A stretch of DNA of 64,000 nucleotides. It comes from Candidatus Obscuribacteraceae bacterium (GTDB lineage Bacteria > Cyanobacteriota > Vampirovibrionia > Obscuribacterales > Obscuribacteraceae). Below are positions 1 through 9,064 of this stretch, piece by piece. Numbering within the stretch: the first letter of the stretch is position 1; each line of letters opens with the position of its first letter. The stretch is taken from NCBI GenBank assembly GCA_044226015.1, contig JBGAHS010000006.1:384001-448000 (forward strand). The letters run 5' to 3'. The position numbers were made by a program, and so were the translations under genes. Below the pieces are notes generated by a model, which made no database searches, was not told the DNA's origin, and worked only from the letters and a program-made list of their open reading frames with translations.

Positions 1-152
1 CAGAGTGAAAATTCCAAATGCGTATAGCTTGATTGAGAGTTCCGCAGCAAGCGGGCAGGCAGCGATATCAAAATCGCCAACTCACAAATACTCACAAGCA
101 ATATTCGACCTTGCAAAATCGTTGAAACTTCACGCAGCGGAGCAAAACTAAG

Positions 153-1598
153 ATGACAAAGCTACGAGAAAGACTATTTCAAGATGGCAGCGAATCATCG
201 CCCGCAGCAAAATCTGAGGCGCAAAGTTCAGCAACAAAGCGCCCAGCGGCGGTGAAGAATCAAGCGCTCTCCCTTACCGGTGCATTCAGTGCAGCAGGAC
301 CACGCAAAGTATCAGACAGCTACACTGTCTTGAAGCGACGAATTCACCACCGCCTGGTTGAGAGCATAGACATTAGCAGATTGATTCAGCTAGAGGGAAA
401 TCCCGAACTCGAATCAGCAATATCTGAAACTATTGCAGAGATCATTTCAGAAGAGTCACTTCCTCTGAGTCAGGACGAGCTTAACAACCTGGCGCAAGAC
501 GTCTTGCACGAAACACTCGGACTGGGTCCGCTAGAGCCATTGCTCGCCGACCCAGAAATCAACGACATTCTTGTAAATGGACATGAGAGCGTATGGGTTG
601 ATCGCAACGGTGTTCTGCAAGAAACAGACATCAAGTTCAGCAGCCAGGACCATCTCTTGCACGTCATCAACAGAATAGTTGCTAGAGTGGGCAGACGTGT
701 TGACGAGTCATCACCAATCGTTGACGCACGCTTGCAGGACGGCTCACGTGTAAACGCAATCATTCCGCCGTTGTCCCTGGATGGTCCTGTTCTCTCTATA
801 AGACGTTTTCGAGCACAGCCATTTCACATGGAAGATCTTATTGAGCGGACAGCTCTCAATGAGCAGATGGCAGCTTTCTTGAAACTAGCTGTAGCATCCA
901 GATTGAACGTGCTCATCTCTGGTGGCACATCAGCTGGAAAGACAACACTTCTGAACGTTCTTTCTGAAAGCATTTCGCATCGCGAGAGAATTGTCACCAT
1001 AGAAGATACCGCTGAATTGCGTTTGCAGCAGAAGCATGTAATTCGCCTGGAGTCGCGCCCAGCTAACATTGAAGGCACTGGTGCCATCGCACAAAGAGAG
1101 CTAGTTAAAAATGCACTCAGAATGCGTCCCGATAGAATTATCGTGGGTGAGGTTCGAGGCGGCGAGTGCTTGGACATGCTTCAAGCAATGAACACCGGAC
1201 ACGACGGCTCACTATCTACGGTGCACGCAAATTCGCCTCGGGATGCTCTATCTAGAATTGAAACACTGGTTCTTCTAGCTGGAGTTGAACTCAGCCAACA
1301 GAGTATCAGAGAACAAATCGCCAGCGCATTTGACCTCGTAATTCAAATTAAGCGCATGCCAGACGGTGTCAGAAAAATAAGCTCAATAGCAGAAGTAACC
1401 GGCGTGCATGAAGGTGTAATCAGCCTTCAGGAATTGTACAAATTCAGGCACGATGGTACCGATGGCGAAGGCAAAGTGCTGGGCAAACATATAGCCTGTG
1501 GCTTGCGCCCGATGTACCAGGACAAATTTGAAGAAGCAGGCGTCAAGTTAGAGACATGGATGTTCAATAACGAAGAATCGGAGGAAGCGCAAAGCTAA
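153..1598 (+). CDS. cpaF: Tad/Flp pilus assembly ATPase (CpaF/TadA)
   Basis: Walker A GGTSAGKT, TIEDTAEL, LRMRPDRIIVGEVRG, AMNTGHDGSLSTVHANS; followed by tadB/tadC. Confidence 0.95.
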   Translation: MTKLRERLFQDGSESSPAAKSEAQSSATKRPAAVKNQALSLTGAFSAAGPRKVSDSYTVLKRRIHHRLVESIDISRLIQLEGNPELESAISETIAEIISEESLPLSQDELNNLAQDVLHETLGLGPLEPLLADPEINDILVNGHESVWVDRNGVLQETDIKFSSQDHLLHVINRIVARVGRRVDESSPIVDARLQDGSRVNAIIPPLSLDGPVLSIRRFRAQPFHMEDLIERTALNEQMAAFLKLAVASRLNVLISGGTSAGKTTLLNVLSESISHRERIVTIEDTAELRLQQKHVIRLESRPANIEGTGAIAQRELVKNALRMRPDRIIVGEVRGGECLDMLQAMNTGHDGSLSTVHANSPRDALSRIETLVLLAGVELSQQSIREQIASAFDLVIQIKRMPDGVRKISSIAEVTGVHEGVISLQELYKFRHDGTDGEGKVLGKHIACGLRPMYQDKFEEAGVKLETWMFNNEESEEAQS

Positions 1599-2539
1599 TG
1601 ACGGCTACAATCGCGATTCCGATAATCATAGCAGTGCTCGCCATTGTGGCTTTGAGTCTTGTTTTGACCCGCGTTGTCGTTGCAAAGCGTAATCGCGATG
1701 CTATGCGCATGCGACTCGAATCAATGATTGCTCTACCTGAGCAGAAGGAAGAACAATCGCTAGTCAAAGAGAACAAAGCCCACTTTGAACTGCCCTTCCT
1801 TGCAGAACTAGAACGTCTGCATCAATTGGCTGGCTTCAAGTCTGACTTTTCGCAGACGCTGCAAATCGTTTTATTTGGCACCGCTATAATTGCATGCTTA
1901 CCGTTTGCGCTCGACTTGCCAGCAGCGCCCTGCCTTGTGTTGGCGTTAATGCTGCCTGTCATAGCTTTTGTTGTTCTCAAATACAAAGCCGAAGCCGGCA
2001 GAACCAAGTTTCAGATGCAACTTCCAAACGCGCTGGACCTGATGGTATCAATTTTGCGCAGCGGTCACAGTATACCGATGGCGGTTCGTTCTGTGGCTCA
2101 AGAAAGTCCAGCCCCGTTAGGTGATGAATTCATCATCATATTCCACCGCATGAATTTGGGGCAAAGCCTTCCAGAAGCGCTTGAAACTTCGGTCAAAAAG
2201 TACGACTCTTTCGAGCTTGACCTTTTGCGCAGAGCCTCCGCGCTCAACCTTGAAGTTGGTGGCAGCCTGGCAGAAGTACTAGACAAAACGAACCACACAC
2301 TTCGCGAACGCATCAATTTGAAAAATCAAATTGGAGTTTTAACGGCACAAGGAAAATTATCAGCCATCATCTGCGGAATGCTACCAATTGTGGTGGCGGT
2401 AATTTTCAGCCAAATAAACCCTAACTACCTTGAGCCGCTGACGCAAAACATTACCGGACAAATTATGATCGCAGCAGCAGTGGGGCTTGAACTAGTTGGC
2501 TTCTTCGCAATGTACAAACTATCGTCCTTCAGGATATAA
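1598..2539 (+). CDS. tadB: Tad inner-membrane protein TadB (T2SSF family)
   Basis: N-terminal TM, QLPNALDLMVSILRSGHS, GGSLAEVL, LTAQGKLSA; coupled to cpaF. Confidence 0.9.
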   Translation: MTATIAIPIIIAVLAIVALSLVLTRVVVAKRNRDAMRMRLESMIALPEQKEEQSLVKENKAHFELPFLAELERLHQLAGFKSDFSQTLQIVLFGTAIIACLPFALDLPAAPCLVLALMLPVIAFVVLKYKAEAGRTKFQMQLPNALDLMVSILRSGHSIPMAVRSVAQESPAPLGDEFIIIFHRMNLGQSLPEALETSVKKYDSFELDLLRRASALNLEVGGSLAEVLDKTNHTLRERINLKNQIGVLTAQGKLSAIICGMLPIVVAVIFSQINPNYLEPLTQNITGQIMIAAAVGLELVGFFAMYKLSSFRI

Positions 2540-2541
2540 GC

Positions 2542-3297
2542 ATGCCAGAACTTGTTATGAAGAAAATTGATTTCAGCGAAATTGCGTTGTCGGCACTGCA
2601 GGTTCTTCCATCAGGCTATAAACTGATGCTGCAAAAGTACCTGGCGTTTGCCGGATGGTCAGCTCCAGAAGATTATGCCAATCTGGCAGCATGGAAGCTA
2701 TACCCTTGTTTGTTAGTGACGGCATTGATTCTTCTGCTACCCAGCAATCTGGTATCACCTGCGGTGGTGGCTCCCGCCATGTTTGTGCTGTTCTTTGTGC
2801 CAGATCTTGTGATCATTCAGAAATCAAAATTGAGACAGTCAGAGATATCTTCATCGCTTCCGCAGGCGATCGATATCATGCTCTTAGGTGTGAATGCAGG
2901 CTTGAGCCTCGATGCGACACTTCAACGCCTCGCCAGCGACCGCTCGTCAGTTTCCAATGCGTTAAATGTTGAGCTCTCTCGATTGGGAAGAGACATTCTG
3001 CTGGGCATCGACAGGGAAGTTGCATACACGGCACTTTACGAACGAACTGGAGTGGAAGAACTGAAGTCATTCGGTGCAGCACTCAATCAAAGTAGCAAGA
3101 TGGGCTTAAGCGTCGCCAGAGTCTTGCAGGCTCAAAGTGAATTCATCAGATTACGACAGAAACAAAAGGCACAAGAGAAAGCCGCAAAGCTGCCCATATG
3201 GATGGCTTTTCCACTCTGGCTCTGCATCATGCCTTCACTCTTGCTGATTTTGCTGGGACCTTCGCTGCTGGCATTCTTCCAACAGCTGGCAAAGTAA
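2542..3297 (+). CDS. tadC: Tad inner-membrane protein TadC (T2SSF family)
   Basis: LPQAIDIMLLGVNAGLSLD, AQEKAAKLPIWMAFPL; follows tadB. Confidence 0.88.
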   Translation: MPELVMKKIDFSEIALSALQVLPSGYKLMLQKYLAFAGWSAPEDYANLAAWKLYPCLLVTALILLLPSNLVSPAVVAPAMFVLFFVPDLVIIQKSKLRQSEISSSLPQAIDIMLLGVNAGLSLDATLQRLASDRSSVSNALNVELSRLGRDILLGIDREVAYTALYERTGVEELKSFGAALNQSSKMGLSVARVLQAQSEFIRLRQKQKAQEKAAKLPIWMAFPLWLCIMPSLLLILLGPSLLAFFQQLAK

Positions 3298-3406
3298 CGC
3301 ATAATCAGATTCCGGCCCGCGCGCCTAAGCTTGCCAATGCGTTTAGACCGAGACGACCAGAACTGTCTACGCAAGGGAAACAACTGAGCTAGGCGCAGGT
3401 TTCTGT

Positions 3407-3538
3407 GCTGCATTGGGATCCCTTCTGAGAGCGCAGGCTATTGTGAGCTGCTTTGGGATCTCATCTGGGAGCGGAGGCTATCGTGAGCTGCTTTGGGATC
3501 CCTTCCTGGGAGCGCAGGCTTCCAGCCTGCGCTCCCAG
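3407..3538. repeat. Three degenerate 40-bp tandem units ending in a REP-like palindrome
   Basis: Units start at 3407, 3447 and 3487 (gctgc(a/t)ttgggatc...gagcg(c/g)aggct). The third runs into the palindrome ctgggagcgcaggc-ttcca-gcctgcgctcccag (3506-3538). Confidence 0.8.
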
Positions 3539-3837
3539 CAATGAAGTCGGACTCTCTTCTGGAAGTGAGGCATGAAAGGCTCAGGATCCGAAACAAACCG
3601 GGCTCAATACCGCACCCAGACCCAGCACTTAGACTGGTCATGGCCGAAATCAGCCACCAACTCAAACCAGAGAACTCATGACATCCACATAATCTTGGGT
3701 CAGCCTAAAGTTAGCCCGAAAAGTCCTGCTATAGCTGGAACGAGCGCCTCCAAAAGAACGAGTGTTACAGCAGATTCACGCAATTAATTGCCAACAGGTT
3801 TTAGCCTCTGGCTACCGTGGTAATATGAATTAGCTAT

Positions 3838-3909
<72 letters not shown>

Positions 3910-3934
3910 TTTTTTCTTTTTGAATTGTCTAGCA

Positions 3935-3968
3935 AGACTTTTCGCGGTTGCGAAAGGTCTATTTTATT
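3935..3968 (+). terminator. Intrinsic terminator after tRNA-Asn, supplied by the element
   Basis: agacttttcgc-ggtt-gcgaaaggtct hairpin followed by attttatt. Confidence 0.65.
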
Positions 3969-3997
3969 GCCAAAATAGGCAGCGAAAATTTATGCAA

Positions 3998-4015
3998 ATA
4001 CTCCAATGATACTCC
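3998..4015 (+). promoter_or_regulatory. Putative integrase arm-type sites (left end)
   Basis: atactcc twice at 11-bp spacing; atgatactcc recurs at 13749-13758 near attR. Confidence 0.55.
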
Positions 4016-4905
4016 GGGGAAACTTAAATATGAAAGTTGAACAAAGGGACCCCTGCATCAATTGCAATTGTTGCCATGGCTATCAAGTCGCCAGAGACGA
4101 GCAAGGAGAACCATTACATGTAGGCAGCCAGATAATTCCTAATTGGGAAATTGATCTCGTGCGAGAATGTTTTACTAGAGATGGACGCCCCCTTGTCATA
4201 AAGATCGCAAAGAGTAATAAGGACAGAGAGATCCTCCTTAAGAATTGGAATGAGATTTTTCCTGACACAGATTCAACATTAGGCGTCATAGATCAATACA
4301 CGCGAAAAGCGAACGAAGCGTATCCGTATATTTGCTTTGCATCCATCAAGGGGAGAGCTGTTGGAAAACTATTTTTAGAGAGAAACTCAAACAACTCCAT
4401 GCGACGAGAACTTCAGGCTGCAATCATCGACAATGTCCAAGTGGACATAAACCATGAAGGTAACGGAATTTGCACCGAGATGCTTGCATTCGTGGAAGAA
4501 CTAGCAAGAAAAAACAAAATTGCATGGTTAGAGATCGGTGCTCGAAGAGTTGAGGATAATGAGGACCAAGGGCATCTCAGAAGGGGTTTAGACTCACTTC
4601 GAATTTACATCAAACGTGGCTACACAAAACATCCAGTGATACCCACAAGATCGCTCCTTATTCATAACTTAATTTCGATCGACAAAAAAAGTCGCAGCGC
4701 AGCCTGGTTGAAGAATTCCCCTCAACAAAACCAGGACAATATAAGCTTCACTATCACTCATCCCCGGTATGACTCAAGATCTCTGGTTGTCTACAAGAAT
4801 TTGCTTGAGCAGGACGAGAACGTGATGGACCAGCAGACGGTTCTCGCTCTGTTTAGAGAACTCACTGCAGATGTCCCACAGATCGACGACACCACCACAA
4901 ATTGA
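4006..4905 (+). CDS. GNAT-family N-acetyltransferase (element cargo); start may be 4030
   Basis: Acetyl-CoA motif A VQVDINHEGNGICTEMLAFVEELARK, later IYIKRGY; Cys-rich N-terminus CINCNCCH. Confidence 0.7.
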   Translation: MILRGNLNMKVEQRDPCINCNCCHGYQVARDEQGEPLHVGSQIIPNWEIDLVRECFTRDGRPLVIKIAKSNKDREILLKNWNEIFPDTDSTLGVIDQYTRKANEAYPYICFASIKGRAVGKLFLERNSNNSMRRELQAAIIDNVQVDINHEGNGICTEMLAFVEELARKNKIAWLEIGARRVEDNEDQGHLRRGLDSLRIYIKRGYTKHPVIPTRSLLIHNLISIDKKSRSAAWLKNSPQQNQDNISFTITHPRYDSRSLVVYKNLLEQDENVMDQQTVLALFRELTADVPQIDDTTTN

Positions 4906-4980
4906 CACGCTGACACAGCGTTAGAAGAGCAACTAGAAGCGGGCACAACTTTAACGCAAGTTGATTGAATACAAGTTGAG

Positions 4981-5748
4981 TTGAATGTGCACGCACCCGA
5001 AATTCCTCAAAAAAAGCGATTAGTCGCCTACTACCGTGTCTCTTCAGAATCACAAGAAGAGAACAATAGTATCGACTTGCAGAAGCGCAAAATAAGTTGG
5101 GCTGCAGATAACTACGGTTTCGAGATCATCGCAAACATCGAAGCTGTCGAAAGCGCGACATGCCAAAGTGATGATCGTAAGCACTTCAAGGAAGCACTGG
5201 AGATAATCAGATCAGCCAATTGCGATGGCTTGATCGTCAATGATCTTGATCGTTTCTTTCGCAATACGGAAGAAGGCTTGAGGATTGCCAGGAAGGAGTT
5301 TCTTGAAAGTGGCAAGACGCTCATCACCTTGAATCAAAATATAGACATCAGCACTGATGACGGCTGGTTTATGTTTGGCGTAATGCTTCTATTTGCAGAG
5401 AAAGAAGCAAAAACAAATCGATACCGAATGCGCGAGGGGAAGAGGTCTAAATCGAGAGCGAATAAAGCAGCCTACCTTAATGGAGCCACGCCGTATGGCT
5501 ATAAATCAGCCGGACCAAGCGGTAAGCGTTATTTGCAAATCGATCCAAAAGAATATCCATGGCGCGAAAAAATATTCTCCTGGCGCAGCGAAGGACGTTC
5601 ATACAAATGGATCGCACAAGAACTAAACACAAACGGTGTGAAAACAAAACGCGGTCGACAATGGCGAGACACCACAGTCAGGATCATCCTGATTCGTCCG
5701 TTAGCCCTCCAGGAAGCTCTGCCTCAAATACCGCCTGAAATAGCATGA
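4981..5748 (+). CDS. Serine recombinase A (catalytic domain plus short recombinase DNA-binding domain)
   Basis: YYRVSS catalytic Ser, DLDRFFRN, GATPYGY, SYKWIAQELN..GVKTKRGRQW. Confidence 0.92.
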   Translation: MNVHAPEIPQKKRLVAYYRVSSESQEENNSIDLQKRKISWAADNYGFEIIANIEAVESATCQSDDRKHFKEALEIIRSANCDGLIVNDLDRFFRNTEEGLRIARKEFLESGKTLITLNQNIDISTDDGWFMFGVMLLFAEKEAKTNRYRMREGKRSKSRANKAAYLNGATPYGYKSAGPSGKRYLQIDPKEYPWREKIFSWRSEGRSYKWIAQELNTNGVKTKRGRQWRDTTVRIILIRPLALQEALPQIPPEIA

Positions 5749-5972
5749 ACCAGAAACATCTAACTCTGATAGTTAATAATGTTCTGCTGGCGGGTCCTTT
5801 CAGTTCAGCGGGTTGGTCATTTGAGTACAGGGTAATCAAAATTGCAGACAAGGATGGAATGCCCTTTGCAGAAATACAAGAGCGTTTCCAGCTAGAACGA
5901 AATTGGACACACTGCATGTTCATACCGTGGGAGATCTGGCAGCAAATCAATTCAAAAGGCGAAGCTAGATGA
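5745..5972 (+). CDS. Small hypothetical protein between the two serine recombinases
   Basis: 75 aa; ATGA overlaps with both neighbours. Confidence 0.65.
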   Translation: MNQKHLTLIVNNVLLAGPFSSAGWSFEYRVIKIADKDGMPFAEIQERFQLERNWTHCMFIPWEIWQQINSKGEAR

Positions 5973-6718
5973 GCATGAAAAAGTTCATCGCCTTCTACAG
6001 AGTATCTAGTAATTCGCAAGAAGAAAACACAAGCCTGGAAATTCAAAAAGCGCGAATTAACTCTTGGGCAAAAGCGTGCAACCATCAGATTGTTCACGAG
6101 GTGGAAGCAGTTGAATCTGCCACGCGAACCATAGAGAGGCGGAAACTTTTCAAGCACGCGCTCGAACTCATGGATTCAAGTAACTGTGATGGCTTAATTG
6201 TTTACGACCTGGATCGTTTTTTTAGAAACGCGGAAGAGGGCTTGCGATGTGCTCGCATCAACTTTCTCGAACAAGGCAGAGTCTTATTGAGCTTAAATCA
6301 GAACATCGACATCAGCACACATGACGGCTGGTTTACTTTTGGAATATTTCTGCTTGTAGCCGAGAAGGAAGCCCGCACGATGCGTCGCAGAGTGACGGAA
6401 GGCAAATTACATAAAGCCGCCTCATCACTATGCGAAGGACGAAAAGCCTACATCGACGGAGCGCTACCATTTGGTTTCTCTTCATCGGGCGTGAGTGGCA
6501 GGCGTGAATTAGAGATCGACCCTTCAGAGTACCCCTGGCGTCAAAAGATCTTCGCCTGGCGCGCCGAGGGTCGTTCTTACAAATGGATCGCGCGCGAGCT
6601 GAACAGCAGGGGCGTAAAAACTAAGCGCGGGTTGGAGTGGCGTGATACCACGATACGACTAATGCTTGTGAGACCCATGGCTCTTCATGAGCTGATGAAC
6701 CAGGCGATCTCAAGTTAA
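5969..6718 (+). CDS. Serine recombinase B (paralogue of A)
   Basis: FYRVSS, DLDRFFRN, GALPFGF, SYKWIARELN..GVKTKRGLEW. Confidence 0.92.
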   Translation: MSMKKFIAFYRVSSNSQEENTSLEIQKARINSWAKACNHQIVHEVEAVESATRTIERRKLFKHALELMDSSNCDGLIVYDLDRFFRNAEEGLRCARINFLEQGRVLLSLNQNIDISTHDGWFTFGIFLLVAEKEARTMRRRVTEGKLHKAASSLCEGRKAYIDGALPFGFSSSGVSGRRELEIDPSEYPWRQKIFAWRAEGRSYKWIARELNSRGVKTKRGLEWRDTTIRLMLVRPMALHELMNQAISS

Positions 6719-7113
6719 AGTTGCAATGAGCGCTTCAAGTCAGACTCAAGACACGAAATCTGCTTCAACAGCCGGACTAGATAAGCGATATCTTTATTAG
6801 TACGCAATACAGAGTCTTTGTCTAGCCTTTGCCTAACTTCGACATGCACTCTATGCAGCACTTTCAAAGTTTCAAGCTTGCATCGTGTAGTGTCGCCAAC
6901 CTCAGCAATTAGTGTTTCAGTTCGCGTGGCACGGTAAGCGATACGCTTTAATCGCCAATCTTCGCTCTTGCACCATTGCTCGACCTCACCTTTCGAAACC
7001 CCAAGCTGTTGCGCAATCAGCCCAAAGCGCGGCTTTTTCATGGCAACATACATGTTCAAGGCTGTCTCTCGCACAGGAACTATTTCAGCAAGATTATTCA
7101 CGCCCATTTCCAT
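6715..7113 (-). CDS. HTH protein resembling terminase small subunit N-termini (Terminase_5/DUF1804-like)
   Basis: ALNMY..IAQQLGVSKGEVEQWCKSEDW..R pattern followed by a helical region. Confidence 0.5.
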   Translation of the reverse strand: MEMGVNNLAEIVPVRETALNMYVAMKKPRFGLIAQQLGVSKGEVEQWCKSEDWRLKRIAYRATRTETLIAEVGDTTRCKLETLKVLHRVHVEVRQRLDKDSVLRTNKDIAYLVRLLKQISCLESDLKRSLQL

Positions 7114-7321
7114 TCTCTTTCATAGCAAGAGCCTTCTCTGTGAGCTTAGCCAGCCTGAAAATCGTGTTTGCCGATTTTGCGAGAATATGAAGCTCGGCAT
7201 TGTTCTGAATATCGCTATCTAGCTTAGCTCTAGCCGCATCCAATCTAACCTCTATTTCTCGGAGAACAGCATCAGCTGCATCAATAGCTTCATCCCGAAA
7301 TTCATTTTTTATCGTTCTCAT
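7094..7321 (-). CDS. Hypothetical helical protein
   Basis: 75 aa; overlaps the downstream TerS-like gene on the same strand. Confidence 0.5.
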   Translation of the reverse strand: MRTIKNEFRDEAIDAADAVLREIEVRLDAARAKLDSDIQNNAELHILAKSANTIFRLAKLTEKALAMKENGNGRE

Positions 7322-7414
7322 TTCAATTTCTCTTTTACGGAATCTCTTTATGACTTTATCTGAAAACGAATCATTGTTGAAGACTTAACATCGTAATGCG
7401 TCTTACTGCAAACA

Positions 7415-7493
7415 TGGCGCCAGCGAAAAAAAATATCGCCATTGCAAAACATTTCTTTTCACGGTCTCTGTGGCGCTCTGGCGCTATGGCGCT
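7415..7493. repeat. Iteron-like tggcgc cluster
   Basis: Tandem octamers tggcgctc-tggcgcta-tggcgctg from 7471, plus atggcgcc and atcgccat, in A/T-tract context. Confidence 0.55.
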
Positions 7494-8104
7494 GACTTTT
7501 TCTAATAGACAAAAATAGGAGATTTGAACTATAGAAAGAGCATCCTTTGCGTTTTTTTTCCTGGGATTTTAATTGGCACGGGGATATTGCGGGCGGAAAA
7601 CGCCCGCTGCACGGAGGACCCTTCACTCGATTCCCCGCCCCTTGGCAGCCGGAAGCGCCCGCTGGGCGGTGCCCCCGAGATCCCCCGCCCCTTGATTCCA
7701 GGGCGCTCCAAGCTATCTACTATCACGCGAAATTGCTCGTCCCTCCCCGTCGTTGCTGGGTTTCCAGGTCTTGACACAGCTGAATTGACACGTCGTTCTA
7801 ACAGCGTGTTAGCGCGAGGTATGCCCCGCCCGCCGCACGCATACGCCTGCTGCGTTAATTAATCCCATAACGCCATAGTCTCTCCGCCCAGGCACCGTGG
7901 GCGGTACCACCATTAAGTACACTCAACATGGCGAATTGTATTTTTTACTTCGTCATCTCCCTCTCTCATGAACATTGCGGACAACGTTAGGAGCGAAGAT
8001 ATACAACACACTACGGTGCTTACCACGCTGTACACTGTTAAGTCTTGCTTCTTGGCGATCAATGCAGTTCACTGAAATTGCATAGGTTACAAAGGAATTC
8101 ATCA

Positions 8105-8656
8105 ATGAAGGAATCAATAAGCAAACTACTTCTCAGTGAAACAGAAGTGACAGAAAAGTATGGATTGACTTCGCAATGGCTTAGGCGTGCGCGAATGGCT
8201 GGTGTTGATCACGGTCCACCATTCATCAAACTCGGCAGCAGGATTTTTTATCAAGAATCGCTGATCGATAAATACCTGCAGGACAATCTGCATACTTCAG
8301 GCGCTTGCGGTAAAGAAGAATCCAGCCGGATTGATCGAGTATTGAGCCAGCCTTTTTGTACACTCGGATTGAGTATGCCGTTAAGAACTGACTTGCAGTC
8401 CTTAGAAACCAAAGAAGGGATGCTTTTCAGCTGTGATGTGGATTACAACAAAGACTATTTGACCACAGCTCACATATACAGATTCAATGGTGCGCTCGTG
8501 GTATCAGTAGATTCAGAAAAGCTAGCATCTGAATATCCCAAATGTTTCGGACAGATCATTGCGCTCATGAATGGAAAACTAAAAGACCTTCTAAAAAGCA
8601 ATAGCCTGAATAAGCGTTTTGAAAATGTTGGTGAGATTAGCGCCATAGCGCCATAA
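8105..8656 (+). CDS. AlpA/Xis-like winged-HTH protein with C-terminal extension
   Basis: LLSETEVTEKYGLTSQWLRRARM..GPPFIKLGSRIFY; ATG at 8105 within ORF 8045-8656. Confidence 0.7.
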   Translation: MKESISKLLLSETEVTEKYGLTSQWLRRARMAGVDHGPPFIKLGSRIFYQESLIDKYLQDNLHTSGACGKEESSRIDRVLSQPFCTLGLSMPLRTDLQSLETKEGMLFSCDVDYNKDYLTTAHIYRFNGALVVSVDSEKLASEYPKCFGQIIALMNGKLKDLLKSNSLNKRFENVGEISAIAP

Positions 8657-8851
8657 ATTCTGAAAGCGGTCTGGAGCAAGAGCTTTCCAGTGAATGATGC
8701 TATCGCCATATTGCGTCGTTCAGTTGTTACGGAAAAAACAGGCTTGTCATATAGAGCAATTAACCGGTTACAGACATGTCGCAGCCGGATAACTTATGTG
8801 GATATCAGGCGTGACTTGGTCACCCCAGCAAATGCTAAAAAGGACAAAACA

Positions 8852-9064
8852 ATGACGCAAGATAACTCAGATCTGATGAGCAGACCGGAAGCAGCCAAAT
8901 ATTTAGGTGTAAAAATTGCAACGCTTGAAGATTGGGCTTGTAGAGGACGTTATGGCATTCCATATACAAAGATTGGGCGCTTGGCGAAATACCGAAAATC
9001 TGATCTTGATGCCTTTATTGAAAGTCGCACCGTTAATGGTGCCAGTGAAGAAGATGCAAATTAG
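8852..9064 (+). CDS. Excisionase-like HTH_17 protein
   Basis: LMSRPEAAKYLGVKIATLEDW..IPYTKIGRLAKYRKSDLDAFIE; aagga RBS before ATG 8852. Confidence 0.85.
   Translation: MTQDNSDLMSRPEAAKYLGVKIATLEDWACRGRYGIPYTKIGRLAKYRKSDLDAFIESRTVNGASEEDAN

Noticed and set aside
3407..3538. Possible CRISPR array
   Set aside because: The units are contiguous degenerate tandem repeats with no unique spacers, and there are no cas genes.
7524..7862. Overlapping ORFs in the GC-rich segment
   Set aside because: Pro/Arg/Gly-rich translations in several frames with no RBS or family signal, as expected by chance in GC-rich DNA.
8690..9053. Long N-terminal extensions of the Xis, primase and helicase ORFs
   Set aside because: Downstream ATGs (8852, 9054, 9910) fit the RBS, gene coupling and domain starts better.
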